Of a DNA stretch of 64,000 bases, positions 63,683 through 64,000 are shown in pieces; within the stretch, counting starts at the first letter, position 1, and the number at the start of each line of letters is the position of its first letter. The DNA lies in assembly GCA_030141605.1 (NCBI GenBank), contig JAQGDQ010000014.1, positions 992,001 through 1,056,000 on the forward strand, written 5' to 3'. Source of the DNA: Tubiluchus corallicola (Eukaryota; Animalia; Priapulida). The notes under the pieces are model-generated. The model searched no databases, was not told the origin of the DNA, and saw nothing but the letters and a program-made list of their open reading frames with translations. A program made the position numbers and the translations under genes.

Positions 63683-64000
63683 CTTGTCGTTGTCTTTCGT
63701 CTTTTGCTTTGTCGTTTTAACCACGTACTGCAGACTGTATGGGTTTAAAGGTCAGCAGCCGATCGAAAACGGTTTCTTGCATTTATCTTTGCATTTCAAT
63801 GATAAATTCAAAACTGAAGCTCAGTTTATTCTACGGATGATGACTTCAATAATAAGTTTGCAGCTCCTTAACGCGAGGCAGTTCATAACCATCTCCGTCA
63901 TAATGCTGACAAATGTATTAAGTTTTCATTTACAGGGTATTAGAGGGAAGACTAAGGAGAGAAGCTTGTACGCTCTTGAAACAAGCTAATTAAGTTAAAA

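Overview
AT-rich eukaryotic window, probably from an invertebrate animal, with spliceosomal GT-AG introns. It holds the Ser/Asn-rich last exon of an unidentified + strand gene (481-1038), a complete 13-exon COQ6 gene on the - strand (3228-16698, 497 aa by my splicing) and an 8-coding-exon SLC1/EAAT2-like glutamate transporter on the - strand (28109-38379, 527 aa) with candidate alternative N-terminal exons. The rest is rich in mobile DNA. The two most notable elements are (i) an intact composite SINE in a COQ6 intron, with a full 5S rRNA head, an RTE 5'UTR-like ('Ceph-domain'-like) body, an RTE-like (CAA)n tail and a 12-bp TSD, and (ii) a young full-length Gmr1-type Gypsy LTR retrotransposon (45751-54136) with PR-INT-RT-RH domain order, a SCAN-like Gag region, a tRNA-Leu PBS and a CCTAG TSD. 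Also present are a CR1/L2-type LINE nested inside another LINE's zinc-knuckle C-terminus, foldback-like elements with TTAGGG cores, Harbinger and hAT-type MITEs, a two-copy tRNA-SINE family and several micro/minisatellites. All family assignments come from motif recognition by eye; no database searches were run.
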